From assembly GCA_002269645.1 (NCBI GenBank), contig NIVC01000172.1, positions 148,558 through 212,557 of the forward strand: DNA of 64,000 bases, given 5' to 3'. Made by a program: the position numbers and the translations under genes. Each line of letters starts with the position of its first letter. Within the stretch, counting starts at the first letter, position 1. The notes beneath the pieces were generated by a model, which worked only from the letters and a program-made list of their open reading frames with translations, searched no databases and had not been told where the DNA came from. The stretch comes from Macrostomum lignano (taxonomy: Eukaryota). Below, piece by piece: positions 1 through 13,600 of the stretch.

Positions 1-649
1 AACTCAGTGTTGCAAGATCTATTCAGCAGTATAAGTATCTTCTCTTAAAGTTTAGAACTCGAAGAGCAGTTAGCGTTTGAAACTGTCTGATTTATAGCAT
101 TGAAGTATCAAGTGTACGTTCACTGCCTGCTTGCAAATTGATGCATTGAATTTCAATGTCCAACAAATACACAGGGCTGCCCATTGAGAGACAGGAAAAC
201 TTATCAGTAGCCATATCATTGCGCAATTGTATATACAGTCCGCGACTGAGCCAGGGTCCGATTGTACACACGCAGCCACTTAGAACGCGAGCGCCACCCA
301 CTGGAGAGAAAATACACTGCAGAGATAGGAGAAAGTTATGGCGTAATCACTAAAAATTGATGCCAACTGGCCCGGTTACACCCCTTCAGCTAAAAGAATA
401 CACTACACAGATAGGCCAGCTGTTGTGGCGCAATCACTAAGAGTTGCGCAAGGTGTATCATATTCCCTATTGTTATATTATTTCTGCTTTTTTAGGGATC
501 TTAAAATGTGAAAATGAAAGATTAAAATAGCTATAAACCCAACCCGGAAAATTTGCAGTTTACCCATATAAGTTTCAACGCTGAGTTGCAAGTAGTCTAG
601 GAGAAAAATTGCAACATACAGACAGACAAACATCGCACCAACTTTAGTA

Positions 650-2000
650 TTAAGATTTTAATAAGTTCCAAAGTTGTTTTGTATCGTTTTGAATAAAGGC
701 CTGGTTGATCATGTTGTCTGCACAGAGAGTTGTTTCAAATTTCCATGAAGTGAGCTTTTTTTCGTATGCTTTTTTGAGTTGTACTTTGCTTGATAGGTTG
801 TTGGGAGTAGGGAAGGTTTTATATCTTCTGCAGGCATGTCTAGCAGCGTTTCTTAAATCTTTAAGGAAGCGAGGCAGTGTTGAGCATAGTGGGTTCTTTA
901 TCTCTACTGTGATGTTGTTTTGAATTTGTCTAACTTTTCTACTTAATTCATTTATGAAAGCTGGGTTTTGTATGTCTAGATTTGTGATTTTGTCATTCAT
1001 GTTTTTCAGGTCATTTGCAAAGTTATTGATATGTTTTTCTTGTTGCAGGTTGGGTTTATGTGACTTTTTAGGACTCTGTATCTCGTTTTCGAGTTATTGG
1101 TTGCTTGTTTAGTTTCTGTGATTTCCTCTGTGAATTCACTTGATAAGGAGAGCACTATTTGGTTGTGGTCGCTAAAGTAGGTGTGTTTCTTTACTTTAAA
1201 GTCTTCGAGGTGTTGGAGTAAGCTGGTAGAGACGAAACAGAGATCTATAACAGAGGAACCAGATTTTGAGAGAAAGGTGAATTCACCATTTGTGTCTGAT
1301 AGTGATATACCATTGATTAGATGCAGGTTGTATAAGTCAGTAATCTGGTTAAGTAGTCTACCATTTTTGCAGGTTTTCTTGTCTTGGCTTTGTCTAGTAA
1401 GTGAGATGTTTTTTGCTCTGGTGGTATATATTGAATTTAAATCTATGTAGGAGGTATTGTTTATATGAGCATTGAAGTCTCCAATAAGGAAGATGTTTTC
1501 TTCGGAGTGATAAGCATCTAGGAGAATTGTTAGCTGTTCCCAATTTTCTTCTTCATAATATTTTGAAGACAGTGGGGGTATATAGGAGTTTATTAGGGTG
1601 AAGTTTTTGTTTTTATCCTTTTTGTGTTTAAAATTTAGCGTCAAGAAGTTTTTATAATGTTTGAATGATTCTGTAACATTGTATTGTGTATCTAGTGACT
1701 TTTTGTAAGCTGTCAATAATCCACCAGAAGCTCTGCCAATGAATTTACAGCCTTTTTGTTTGCAGGCTTTTGGTATGTTATGTAGTTTTCAGACAGGTTG
1801 TTGATTTTGAGTCGCTTGTTTTCATTTTTTGTGTCTATTATCCAAGTTTCTTGAAGGCAGAGAATATTATTCTTAAAAATTGATTCAGTTTCCAGTAGTT
1901 CAAGTTTGGGAATCATCACAGAGTCTTTTATTGTGTAAAGACCATTGATATTCCAGCTGCTAATAGTAAATTTTTCTTTGTCAATTTTTTGGATAATATT
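650..2000 (-). mobile_element. Decayed non-LTR retrotransposon (LINE) fragment: apurinic-like endonuclease domain, frameshifted, no RT domain in view
   Basis: The minus strand reads ...FTISSWNINGL...LCLQETW (N-terminal APE motifs, about 1840-1980). ORF 1006-1716 then carries SYIPP, IFLIGDFNAH, NGRLL, FTF..SGSSVIDL and SDHNQI. ORF 650-1000 continues post-endonuclease sequence (..LWNLLK). Frames break at about 1715 and 1003. Confidence 0.85.
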
Positions 2001-2486
2001 GAATTCAAGGAGTTTTGATTTGATATAATTTATGTTCTAATTCATATTGAATTTCAATTATATTCAATAATTTCAGATTTAATCCGTAAGATTATTCGGA
2101 AATGCATGTAGCAACAATTAAATGTACATGTACATAAAACGTCAACTTTTTCTAAAACCTACCTAAATTGTCAGTTAATTTTGCCTTCCAAACGAACTTG
2201 TCAAAGTCGAACTCAAATCAGGAAAACAATAGTGCCTTTAGTACATATGCACTTTATTGGTTCCGAAATTACATGTACATGCATGTTGTTACATGTAGAT
2301 GTACACCCATATAGAGCAGTAGGTATACAGCATACGAATTTTTGAGCTTACGTTTTATACACACGAGCTCATATGTATAAAATGTATATGTTCATGCATG
2401 AATGAATAGCATGAATTGTCAATTGCTGGGTAGCGCACGTATTCGTTATTACTGAAATGATCACGGCACATTCAGTTTGCTACAGC

Positions 2487-4562
2487 CTATAGGCGTGCAG
2501 CAGCTGCGTAGCGGTACGCAGCAGACCAGTTTCGTACTCTGCCCAGAGTGACAAACTTCATCTGGCGCTTGAGATAAGCTGCTCGTTCAACTCGTCGAGC
2601 AGCGCCTTGTGCTAACAGTCGGCTCTCCACGAAGACCAGACGGGCCTCTTCATGAAACAACCGGACCAGAAGGTAAAAGCTGGCAGCTGGCCTCGTTGAG
2701 CACGAGCGTTCAGTCTTAGCTGTGCCACCCTTCGACGTCGTTGTTAGTGCGCACACTTTCACCAAACACAGAGAGGCTTTCGAGTGGGAATATGTCGCTG
2801 ACTCGCTGGTGATCCACGTGTTCTGACAAAATGAAGTCAAATGAGTCAAATGCTATGTGCGAGAATTTACAGTGTAACTGACGACTTTAAAAAAACATTT
2901 AATGGTTTTGAGTGTACAGTAGGGTGTACATACAAATTTTGAAGGGCAACTATCTTTAGCAATTAATTGGATTTTACATTCATACATATACAGTACTGTT
3001 TTAGGTACATTATAAATTCTGTAATAGATAGATTAATTACCTGAACATACATGTAGTTGCAAAGTGCCGTAAGCTGTGGCGAAGAAGCAGGTTGACCTGC
3101 GGCCAGTGTTGCGCGCAAGCCGTAGAATTGCTGCTGCCATCTCGTGATGAGGCAGAAATGGAAGCGCCATGAGTTTCCGACAGAAATTCTGGGTGTCGTC
3201 ATCGTCGCGGTAGGCTCCCTGCATGAAAGCCTAGGCTTTGTACATATGACGCCAAACCGCCTGGGTGAAGTGAAAAATGCACCCCTGATGCGGCTGCCTG
3301 GATAAGTCTTACGCAAGGAACGCAAGCCTGTCAGAAGGGAGAGTAGGTTTTTTAATTATAAAATTGTTTTCTCATAACTAAAATTTGAGTTTTTGTTGGG
3401 TCGGTAGAATTGTACATGTATATAATAATGCTCTGTACATACTTGCCCATGCACAGCATCACAGGTGGCAAAAATAGTACTTACGAAGCACATGGGATGA
3501 GCTCTTCAATAGCCTTCAGAACCTTGCGGTAATCCTTCCGTCGCTTGCCTGACATCAGCACAAACAGCAGAGGCACTTGCTTCCGATTTTCCTCATGGCC
3601 CATGATGAAAGCGTGGATGGTGTACAGCTGAACGAAGGGTTTTTTACCACGCGGAAAGTCCCATCCATGAACCAGTCTTGCGCTTGCGCAAGCATTGTTA
3701 GGCCTTCGTTCGTTGCAAAGATGATGCGGCGTCGAGCTCCCGAGTGGACATCTCTCTGCAGAAAACCTGCCGGCAGAGCGTTCTCCTGCAGTTCAAACTG
3801 AAGATCGTTTCGTTCCTCAGAACGCTCGTTCTTACGCTGCCTATTTGCCGTAAGTGCTAGAAGGTTGGGGTTCGGCATCGATGGCCCAGTCTGTGAAAGT
3901 TTAAAAGTTTGTTTTTTGTATACATTTATCTATACCTTTTAAAATAAAAACACTATATGGGCTTTGTTCGCTATGGACTCGATCCCAAGCCGCTGAACCA
4001 ATGGAGAGAGGAGAGAGGAGAGTGCAGAGATAAGAGAAAAGAGTAGAGAGGAGTGAGGAGTGAGGATGGAGAACAAAGGAGAGACGAGAGAGAAAGTTGA
4101 GAGGAAAGAGAAGAGGGGAGAGAGTACAGAGCGGATAGGAGAGATACATGTAAGAGAGTAGAAAGAAGAGATTCTTCAAAGGCTACTAGTTCCGCGGGTT
4201 TCAAGAGCTTGTAGTATAATATATAGTGCACAATAATATACCTGAAACTGCTGCAGCACATCAAGCGTCTCTTCCTTTGCAATCTGGACTGCAGATAGAA
4301 ATGGATTCTTCTGTGCACAATCCACAATGCGCCGCTTCAACCGCGCTCGCTCCACAGGCCTGTGGAGAGGCAAATGACAGTGCTGAACGGAACGTTTGCT
4401 GAAGGCTTCTCCGCGCTGCACAACTGTTGCACTGCAAGTTTGGTGTCCATTGCGAGGAAGTGCACACCGCCAATAGATACACTGACTTATTTTGCCTTTG
4501 ACAAACTTTAACTGGCCATCAACGACAAGAATGTCGCGATTCTTGGTCGAGCCGCTAGACAC
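2487..4562 (-). mobile_element. Mutator-superfamily (Phantom-type, FLYWCH + MULE) transposase, intron-containing, disrupted
   Basis: ORF 4176-4562 has a FLYWCH-like finger (LKFVK..IYWRC..C.A...HCH). 3555-3878 has WFMDGTF, followed after a frameshift by QLYTIHAF..VPLLFVLM..DYRKVL. About 3000-3330 has FHFTQAVWRH and RKLMALPFLP. About 2720-2750 has RTNNDVEGWH. Candidate splice sites lie at 4242/3890 and near 3485/3327. Confidence 0.85.
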
Positions 4563-4964
4563 AATTTGAAACTCTGGAGCATGAGCGGGCCAAATTCCTT
4601 CGATAAGCTTGTGAGTCTAAGCCAAAGCAGCATGGTTAATTTTGCAAATTTTTATGCGCTATAGCACCCCCACAGAGTCAACGCACGCTGCCGAGCAGGC
4701 CGCGAAAAGGCTTCATTTGAATTGATAGTCTTGCAATATACTCCGTGCGTCTATCAGCACCTTCCCCAAAATGTGGCGATTGTGTCACACAAAATCACTT
4801 CGCAATTAGTTAAGGCGCTTTGGCACATATAGGTTTTATTAAGATTATTGCAGCTTATTGCGATTAACTTAATTACAGGAAGCGGATATTAATTTCTCCG
4901 CCGGAGATAAACTCGTGCTAGCATTCCGTTGTCTTGTCTCGTTAAATAAATGTTTCGTTAAGTT

Positions 4965-5080
4965 CCACGGGCTTCGCCGAAGTGCATGGTCATTTCATTC
5001 GCCGAAGTGGATTCTCCGAAATGGTCTTTCGCCTAAGTGGCCTTCGCCAAAGTGGTCTTTCGCCGAAATGGTCAGCACCC
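4965..5080 (-). repeat. Probable terminal/subterminal repeat of the MULE element (tandem TTCGCCGAAGTGG-like units, terminus GGGTGCTGACC on the minus strand)
   Basis: About six imperfect 13-16 nt units (ttcgccgaagtg / ttctccgaaatgg / ttcgcctaagtgg / ttcgccaaagtgg) end in ...gtcagcaccc at 5080, upstream of the FLYWCH ORF. No partner end was found in the window. Confidence 0.55.
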
Positions 5081-5238
5081 AGTCGTTTCAGCGCCTGAAT
5101 GTTCCTGAATGAAACATGCCCTGTGACTGTGACGTTGTCTTTGCCTCGATCTCTTGTCAGTCGAGACACGCTTGACTGGCTGACAACGTATTTTGCGGCT
5201 AAATTAGTAACTGTAATTACTTTGGTAGTTATTGCCAT
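5081..5238 (-). pseudogene. Possible helix-turn-helix fragment of a DNA transposase
   Basis: The minus strand reads LAAKYVVSQSSVSRL, an HTH-like pattern similar to Tc1/pogo N-termini. It is short and cut at 5080 by the MULE end. Confidence 0.3.
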
Positions 5239-5899
5239 TTACTTATTTACTTATTACTTATTTATTTAAAAATACATTGTAGTGTTTCGTAAAAGAGAGC
5301 GATTATAAATGCTTAACAGCAATTGAATTTATCGGATGGTCCGACGGCTTTGGAAAGCTATCCATCACGTGTCACCGAATCATGGAATGCACGACGGACG
5401 TGGGTGCAGTTAGAATCGAGGTGAGGTACATCTTATTATGGGTGCAGTTAGTCATAAGATCGTCGCCATCGGATATGAAACAGCGATCATCTCAAGCCTA
5501 CATTATCATCAATGATATATACCTTGTGTACAGACCCAAAGCGACACTAAATCTCTCCAAGCAACATTTCCTTCTAGTTATTTTTTCGTCTTCTTTTGCA
5601 TTAGAGTGAATGACCATTTTGCATTAAATTATAGAGTACAGAAAGTATAGTAGGTGATGATCCGGCACTGGCTGCATCTTCAATGTACATGTAGTTCGCA
5701 TTACATTGATTTGATTGACTTCTTACCTAGCCTTACGTAACCTAATATTTTAAGCTAGCCTCATTGGCTAAGATTGCGGCTTCACCCCACCCACCCCAGC
5801 AAGCCCACCCAACCACCCAGCCAGAACTGCACTGACTTCTTGATGGGAAAGCTGAATACGCCTGTCTTATCATTCTAACTTCAAGCTGCAGCATTCAGA

Positions 5900-6031
5900 T
5901 TGATGCGTCTATAATGTGCGTTTGTGCCAGATTCATGCATTTAAGATGCGCGCTTGTGCCAGTGCGCGCTTGTGTCACTGAGAGAAGTTAAAAAATGCAC
6001 GCTTTTGTCATGCGCGCTTAATCATGCGTCT
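5900..6031. repeat. Short imperfect tandem units (TGCGCGCTTGTGCC-like), probable transposon subterminal remnant
   Basis: tgcgtttgtgcc, tgcgcgcttgtgcc, tgcgcgcttgtgtc, tgcacgcttttgtc and tgcgcgcttaatc are clustered in about 130 nt. Confidence 0.4.
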
Positions 6032-7637
6032 CAAGATTAAGGATATAGTGCTAATACTTAGTGTATCCTTGCATGAACACAGCTAGAGCAGTATACATGT
6101 ACTCACATAATTGGCAACAGAGGCTGAAACCCGTGGGCCGGTACGCCTGGGTAGGTTTGACAAGGTCTTATTTCTCTCTATTCAATGTTTCAGTGTGTGG
6201 TATCGCATTTGACTAGATTGAGACTTTGCAGTGAGTAAGAGGCCGTCTTTCTGGCTAGCGGAGAGAGCAAATCAAAACGCGACAAGTAATAGCTGTTGCA
6301 ACTTTTGTAAAAGATTTTTTGCTCAAATTGAATATTCGTTATACAACTTATATCTTTGTCCGAAATAAATTCTATGTTTCCGTTCCGCTCGAGCCTGGCA
6401 TTGCGATGGTTTTGAAATTTCATACGGATAGTAATAACTTGGTGGTCTCCAGGACGCTGGCATGGGTGATGGTCCCAACTCTGTCACTGTCGGCATTGCA
6501 CTCATACTTTATATCTGGTTCCTTGCAGAATCTAATTGGTTTCCCATTTATTGACTGCACGTAAATTTTGTTTTAATGAAATTCAAGTCTCAGAGCAAAG
6601 AAGATAAGAATTCGGTTTTTATCGTTACTTTAAAATTTTCCGTATCCAAGGCTATTTACAAGAACATGTGCGCACCATAAATCAACTGCCGGGTATTTTG
6701 GCTGATAAGCATCATATTTTCCCCGTATGCAACGCCGCTCACATTCATCAATGCTACAAACTCATGAGCGCGGGCTGGGTTGAGTCAATGGGTGAAGCCG
6801 CACCACTAATGCTGCAGCCCCCCATTCCATTCCTCTATCTATATCCCTCTCCTTCCACACCATAGCCTCACGATAAGTGGTCTTACTGGCTGGGAGATTG
6901 GGTATGAAGCATGCCTGCGGGGGCTGAGCTACAGAGGCAGGTGGGAGGCTACAGGTTGCAGCTCAACTGCCAATCCCAAATTTGTGACGAGCAAAAAATC
7001 CCCCCTCCAGCATTCTCCGTAGAGGAGAGCCCTCATCCTTCGCCCAGCCCACCATATACTGCCGAGGTATCGACGGCTCAGCGTCGCGAAAGCAGAACAC
7101 AGGGATATATAGATCCCCATCAGCTTCACGAGAGAGAGCGTGAGAGACGCGGAGGCCCAATACGAACGCTCGATCGCTCGCAGGCAGAAAATTTCTCCCA
7201 CACCCCTGGGAGGAACTGCATGCAATTTTCTCCTGAAGGGGAGGCGTCGACAGAGGAACAAAAAGAAATTGCCAATAATAGCAAGCCTTCGCGCGAGTGC
7301 AGCTTTGGGTCTGCTGTTGGTCCTGCGATTTCAACCTGCAAATCAGGCGGTTGCTTCAGCCGACTGCTTTAAAATACTACAAATTTGGAGATAAAGAGTG
7401 GATTTTTAAATAAACATTCACATTAGCTAAAGGCTGAGTGTATTATTCTGAGCCCAGCGCCGGTTTTTTCTAATGACAACCAGCGGAAGCAAAAATATTG
7501 GCTGTGCAAAGCCATTTTTACAACGTCAACAGTCGCAGCACCATCAAGCGGATGATTGGCGTCAACAAAGACTTCAGAGACGCTGCATTTCTGCCTACAG
7601 ATTGTTGTCGATTGATCTGTATGACACTGAGCAGCGG

Positions 7638-10600
7638 ATGAGCGCTGGCCACGGCGATCACGGCAGTGGCTACGACAGAGACCAACTGGTGCTGCTGGCT
7701 CGGCGCTTCGCAGCTGGATGCAGCGACGATGAGGACGGTGACGGGATGTCCGATGGTGAGCAATGCATGCAGTGTGGTGTGAGCACGGGAATGTGCAACG
7801 GTGAGGAGGTGGATCTGAGACTCAAATGATAAAGACTCAAATGGGAACTTTTTTAGAAGAATCAATTTGCAGAAATAATTGGACGATGCAATGTCTGCTA
7901 TGGCGAGTCAAACAAACTGGGCCTTTCAGAACAATAGCAGATCAAGCAGTTGAGGTTGGTAGAGTTGCCATATTAAATTGACATGATGGGCTAATGTGTC
8001 AAGCTGTCAGGCATGCAATGACGTGTGCCGCAGATGGGCATCAATCTGACAGAGCTGAATACCTCGACTGTTTGACGGTTGACGATTCATTTTAATTGAC
8101 CTATTGTTGGAAGCTTGGATATTTATGACGGGAAAACGTTAGATTTTACTCTGCATTAGAATATACATTAGGATATACATTTAGGATATACATTAGAATA
8201 TACACTGGGATATACAATTAGGATATACTTCAGTACATTATAATATAAATTCGGATATACATTAGGATATACATCAGAAAATACTCAAATAGGGAGACGC
8301 ATACGACTCCGCCATGGAAGTTTGCTTGTTAAACATCTCAACGTGATCACATCACTTAGGGTTTCGAACGTTTGCCAAATCTCAGTGACACAGTGGACAC
8401 ACAGCCTGTTAATCGCATGCTGCATGTCTACTGTCACCAGAAGTTTCCCCAGAGCGCACAACCACAACTGCATACCCGTACAGCAATCCGACGTCAATGA
8501 CGGATATGTACTTTTACATTGCAACGACGTTCAGTCGACGTATGACGTCATTATCTGCCGATCTACTGCAAAAGCACAGATTTGCCGACGTCGGATAGTA
8601 ATAGCTGTATAGCCATAATTAATACTCTCGCTTCAGGCGTCCAGGACATTGATCTCGGCAGGTCGGCAGACCTTCGCAACGCAGCAGCCGGCTGGCTGCC
8701 CCGCTCCCAGTCCATGCTCTCTCGACCGCAGCTGCGGCCGCGACAATCTTCCACCATGCTGCTGCTCCCGAAATCAGGCGCACCAGCTTCAACAACGGGG
8801 CCAACAGCCGAGGCCGACAATCTCAACCGGATTCGCTACCTAACAGCTTGTGCTCAGTTTGGTGCGAAGCCGTCTCAGAAATTCGTCAACTGCCTGGTTA
8901 AACAGTCGGCCATTGTGGAGCTGCGCGGCCTGCACCTGGGCCTCAGCGGAGCCGCCGCTTGCGCCGCCGCGCTCAAGGTGAGAAGTTCCTGGAAGGAGTG
9001 AGTGCTCTCGTTTTATAGCGAGCTCAGCCATGACCCAGTATAGCGGATCAAGGGACTGGGCTTCTCTGAGGCCTCATTTGGCATTGATCTCATATTATAT
9101 CATGGCACAGAGTCTGGTCATAATTCATCAAAGCAACTTCCCACGGATCTGCAGTGGACCTTCAGTTGGTTGACTGCAGCACAGCAGACGTTGGAATCAG
9201 CAACAGAAGCCGGTGTTCATCAATCAAATTGTCTCGGTTTAAACAGAAATCATTGCATGCCATACATAGAATCATGTAACGATTTGATAAGCACGCCTAC
9301 TTGAGGACGAGAGAAGTCAGGGCAGATCCTCTGTGCTTGCAGGTGCAGCTTGAAGTGTTGCTTGGCCTAAGACTGACACACTTGGGGGGGGGGGAACTAG
9401 CCTCTTATGAATATGTATGCCCATGTTTCATTTCAGCGCCAGAAAGTACATTTATTTGGCATTAGCAATTACTGTTCCAATTTTACTGTCAGTCAATAAC
9501 AAAAATTTCAAATACAATGGCGGTTTCTAATCGGCTTCGCGTGTGCCAGTCTGAGGTTTCTGGGATGTCAACTTCGCATTTAAGCACAAATTTAATCACC
9601 TGGCTTGGAACTGTGTCTATCAGTTCACACCTGTCTCATTGTTCAGCGCACTGAATGGATTAGTCAGTGCTTCTCTCTGCCAGCTTTCCACGATTTGGTA
9701 TTCAGTCTGTAGAGAATTAAAAGTCACGGAAAAATTTCTATTGAATTGGAAACTCTCAGAATCTAATATTGCTTGAACTTTCATAATTAAACTTTTAATT
9801 CGTGCCGGACAGTAGGGATTGGGTTTTTCTGCCCGGTAACACAGGATAAAAATTGTGATTCCAGAACAATGCGCATCTTCGCTCGCTAATCCTCGAGGAC
9901 AATGAGCTGCGCTGCCTCGGTTGTCAGCAGCTGCTGCCCATCGTTATGGACAATCCGTTCCTCACTGAGCTGGTGAGTCAGTCACGCTGACGCTGGAGTC
10001 TTGCACACCATCCTCAATGTACACACTGCTCTCAATGTACACACTGCCCTCAATGTACACACTGCCCTCAATGTACACACTGCCCTCAATGCACACACTG
10101 CTCTCAATGCACACACTGCTCTCAATGCACACAGTGCTCTCAATGTACACACTGCTCTCAATGTACACACTGCTCTCAATGTACACACTGCCCTCAATGT
10201 ACACACTGCTCTCAATGTACACACTGCTCTCAATGTACACACTGCTCTCAATGCACACACTGCCCTCAATGTACACACTGCTTTCAATGTACACACTGCC
10301 CTCAATGCACACACTGCCCTCAATGTACACACTGCTCTCAATGTACACACTGCTCTCAATGTACACACTGCTCTCAATGTACACACTGCCCTCAATGTAA
10401 ACAGTCATCAATGTACACACCACCCCAAATATACACTAAAGCCACTCTCACACCATCCCTAAATGAAGCAAAGCACTCCGAGCACAAATCAATCAACACC
10501 GAAGTAAATCCATTTCCTTCACTCTGCCACTCTTCAACCAACAGAGACTGATCAATAACGCCATCAACTTGAGAGGCCTGACCCAACTCACCGATGCTTT

Positions 10601-13600
10601 GATTAAAACTGGTAGCCTGAAAATTCTCGACCTCTCAGGTAAGTCTGAAAAGAACTGAAAGGGAAGGCCTTTCTTTTGTCTTGCACTTTGGCAAATAAAA
10701 GCCCGTTGAAAAAAGAGCCTACTGTATTTGAACTTCTCACCTCAGCTGCAATGCGTCGTTTTGTTGTAGGAAACCGATTCGAGGAGAAGTGCGGACTGCA
10801 GCTGCGAAGACTGCTTGAGGTAGAGGAGAAACATTTTTTTTAATTTAAGAAAAGTACTGGAGTAACAAATTTTGAGGGTCAAGCCTGCTCACACTGACAC
10901 TGAGCTCAAAAGTATTTTAATTACAGAGTGAACTGCCATATTTACCGTATTTTGCAGGAAAACCGGTCAATCGAGGAGCTGCACGTGGGGCATAACAATT
11001 TTAGAGAGAAAGGTACCATCGCGATCGCGTACGGATTAGGTGAGACAAGATTAACTGACAATATGACTGACTGACTAACAGATTGATTAGCAGAAATGCA
11101 GGCAGACAGGTACACTACGACATACTCGTATTTAATCGGATAAATTTTTAAGCGACACATAGACAAACACTGATACAGGAACCAGGTCAGGCATCAAGTC
11201 AGACACCAAGTCAGGCACCAAGTCAGGCACCAGAACAAGCATCAAGTCAGACACCAAGTCAGACACCAAGTCAGGCACCAAGTCAGGCACCAGATCAAGC
11301 ATCAAGTCAGACACCAGGTCAGACACCAAGTCAGACACCAAGTCGGGCACCAAGTCAGACACCAAGTCAGACACCAAGTCAGACACCAAGTCAGACACCA
11401 AGTCGGGCACCAAGTCAGACACCAAGTCAGACACCAAGTCAGACACCAAGTCAGACACCAAGTCAGACACCAAGTCGGGCACCAAGTCAGACACCAAGTC
11501 AGACACCAAGTCAGACACCAAGTCAGACACCAAGTCGGGCACCAAGTCAGACACCAAGTCAGACACCAAGTCAGACACCAAGTCAGACACCAAGTCAGAC
11601 ACTAAGTTAGGCACGCGAAAATGACTGCTCACCTTCCTGCTGACAGAGGCCCTTGCCTCCTGGATTAGTAGCTGGTGTTTAAAAAATTCCTGAGAACTAA
11701 GAAAAACTAACTAAGCTGTTGTATCATTTGATTTTCACTCTCAACCTCACTCCTAAACAGCGTCTAACGAATCAGTGAAGTTGCTGGACATATCCTGGAA
11801 CCACATCAGGCTAAGCGGAGCAGTTTGCCTGTGCGACTGTCTCCGGGTTAATCGCACGCTGGAGACGGCCTTGCTGGGCTGGAATGGCCTCTATATCGAG
11901 GGCTGCAGGTCCCTAGCGAAGTCTCTGCCAGCCAATGACACGCTGAAATTCCTGGACATCTCATGCAACCGAATCGACATCAAGTGCCTGGAGTTCTTGT
12001 TCAAGGGCCTAAAAGGCAACACGGCATTGAAGCGACTTCAAATCGGTCAGAATCCGTTGACAGCGCAGAACATCAAAGTATTCCTCAGCAAAGTGGAGGA
12101 GCAGCACTTCAACATTGAAGAGCTGGATGTGACAGTGAGTTCCGAGTCAAAACGTCTTGTGTAGACTCATTTTAAGTTTTGATGGTCTTGGTAGAGTTTG
12201 TGACAGGCCATAAATTTTGGGTGGCATTCCTGCGTTCGTAGTGGAAGTTTTGCAACTGCCATCGGTTACATGTACATCCATGCCTGATGAGGAGAAACCT
12301 TTGGGAAGGAGGAAGTTGTCATACGAGCTAGATACTGTAGTGGCAGTTGTGCAAAGACCCCTTTACAGCGATACGGGGGTACATGCTAAAAATTCTTTGC
12401 ATTCCCTCGCCACACCCACAGGGCCTAACGGTCGACCCTCAAAGTGTCGCCATTGCCGAGCGAATTGGCCAATCTAGAAAGTTCGCCATCATTTACGGTG
12501 TGCTGCTGAAACAGGAGAGCAAAGCGGAGGACGACGACCAGTTTCTCAATGACGACCCCATGATGGTGGGTATAGTTTCTCACTATCAAAATACGCGACG
12601 TCTGTTTGCTAATTCGTTCGAGAGGGGTTTTGGCGAAATAGACCCGCTGCCAGATAGGAGGCCAACATGGATGTTAGCATGTACACTCTCCGTGCAATAA
12701 GGACAGGGCCTCATAGCAGAGAATCGTACGACAAACCCCGAATCGAGAATCGAACTGAAATAATTTGGGGTCGGAGCCGAATGCGTTCCCACTGAGCAAC
12801 TCTGACCTTGTACCTGACGTTAGTTACTGCAGCTGTTTAACTTCACTCCTTCCCACCTTTAATCGCACACCTTCAGGTACTCATGGAGTTCATGAAGCTG
12901 AAGAATATGCGCCTCGTGGACTTGTTTCTCAGTCTGGACGCCGACGGTAGCAAGTCTTTGTCTCACAAAGAATTCAAGGAAGGGCTGGCCGTGAGTTGAA
13001 AACATTTGGCAACTTTTCTCTTTCGTTGCTTGTGAAGTAGCTCGTACTTTCGGGTTTTTCGGGGTGGCCTGGTAGGTCTTGAATCCCACCGCTGCCACCA
13101 ATTAAGTACAGAGCTTTTACTTCCCATTTACAGGCACTTAAGTTCTGCCTTAAGTCTCGCGCCTCTTCTTCGAAGTCTTCTTGTAGCTCTTGTAGTGCTG
13201 CCACCAGTTCCTTCAAGTCTCTGCCTTCGGTGAGGTGAGCTTCCCGTCGGAACGAAATAAACAAGTCAACGAACTCAGCACAGCGTGCAGATTTGAAGAT
13301 TATCGAACAAGGCGTCCTGGTCAGCAGATCCCGTCGGGCTCAGTGGGTGGTTGGGAAGGCCTGTTAGCCTCCTTAGCGTCTAAGTTTAGCCAGGCCAATA
13401 AAGGAAGAGTTGATTGGATAATAGAACTGTCAGAAAACTTTCGGAAACTGAGAAACTGGACACTAAGAATTGAGAAACTAAGAACTAGACTTGAAAAACA
13501 CTGAAACTCCTTGACTGAACCGAGGGTGAGGGGTCCGTATTTATAGCCTGGGATTTTCCACTGCCCCAATGTGCAAAAGACCTCGTGACTTTATTCTAGT

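Noticed and set aside
12284-12298. CTGATGAG..GAAAC hammerhead-like core
   Set aside because: There is no room for helix II between the boxes and no flanking helices.
13081-13100. tRNA-Leu gene
   Set aside because: Only the 3'-terminal 20 nt match, and they include CCA, which is not encoded in eukaryotic tRNA genes. A PBS fits better.
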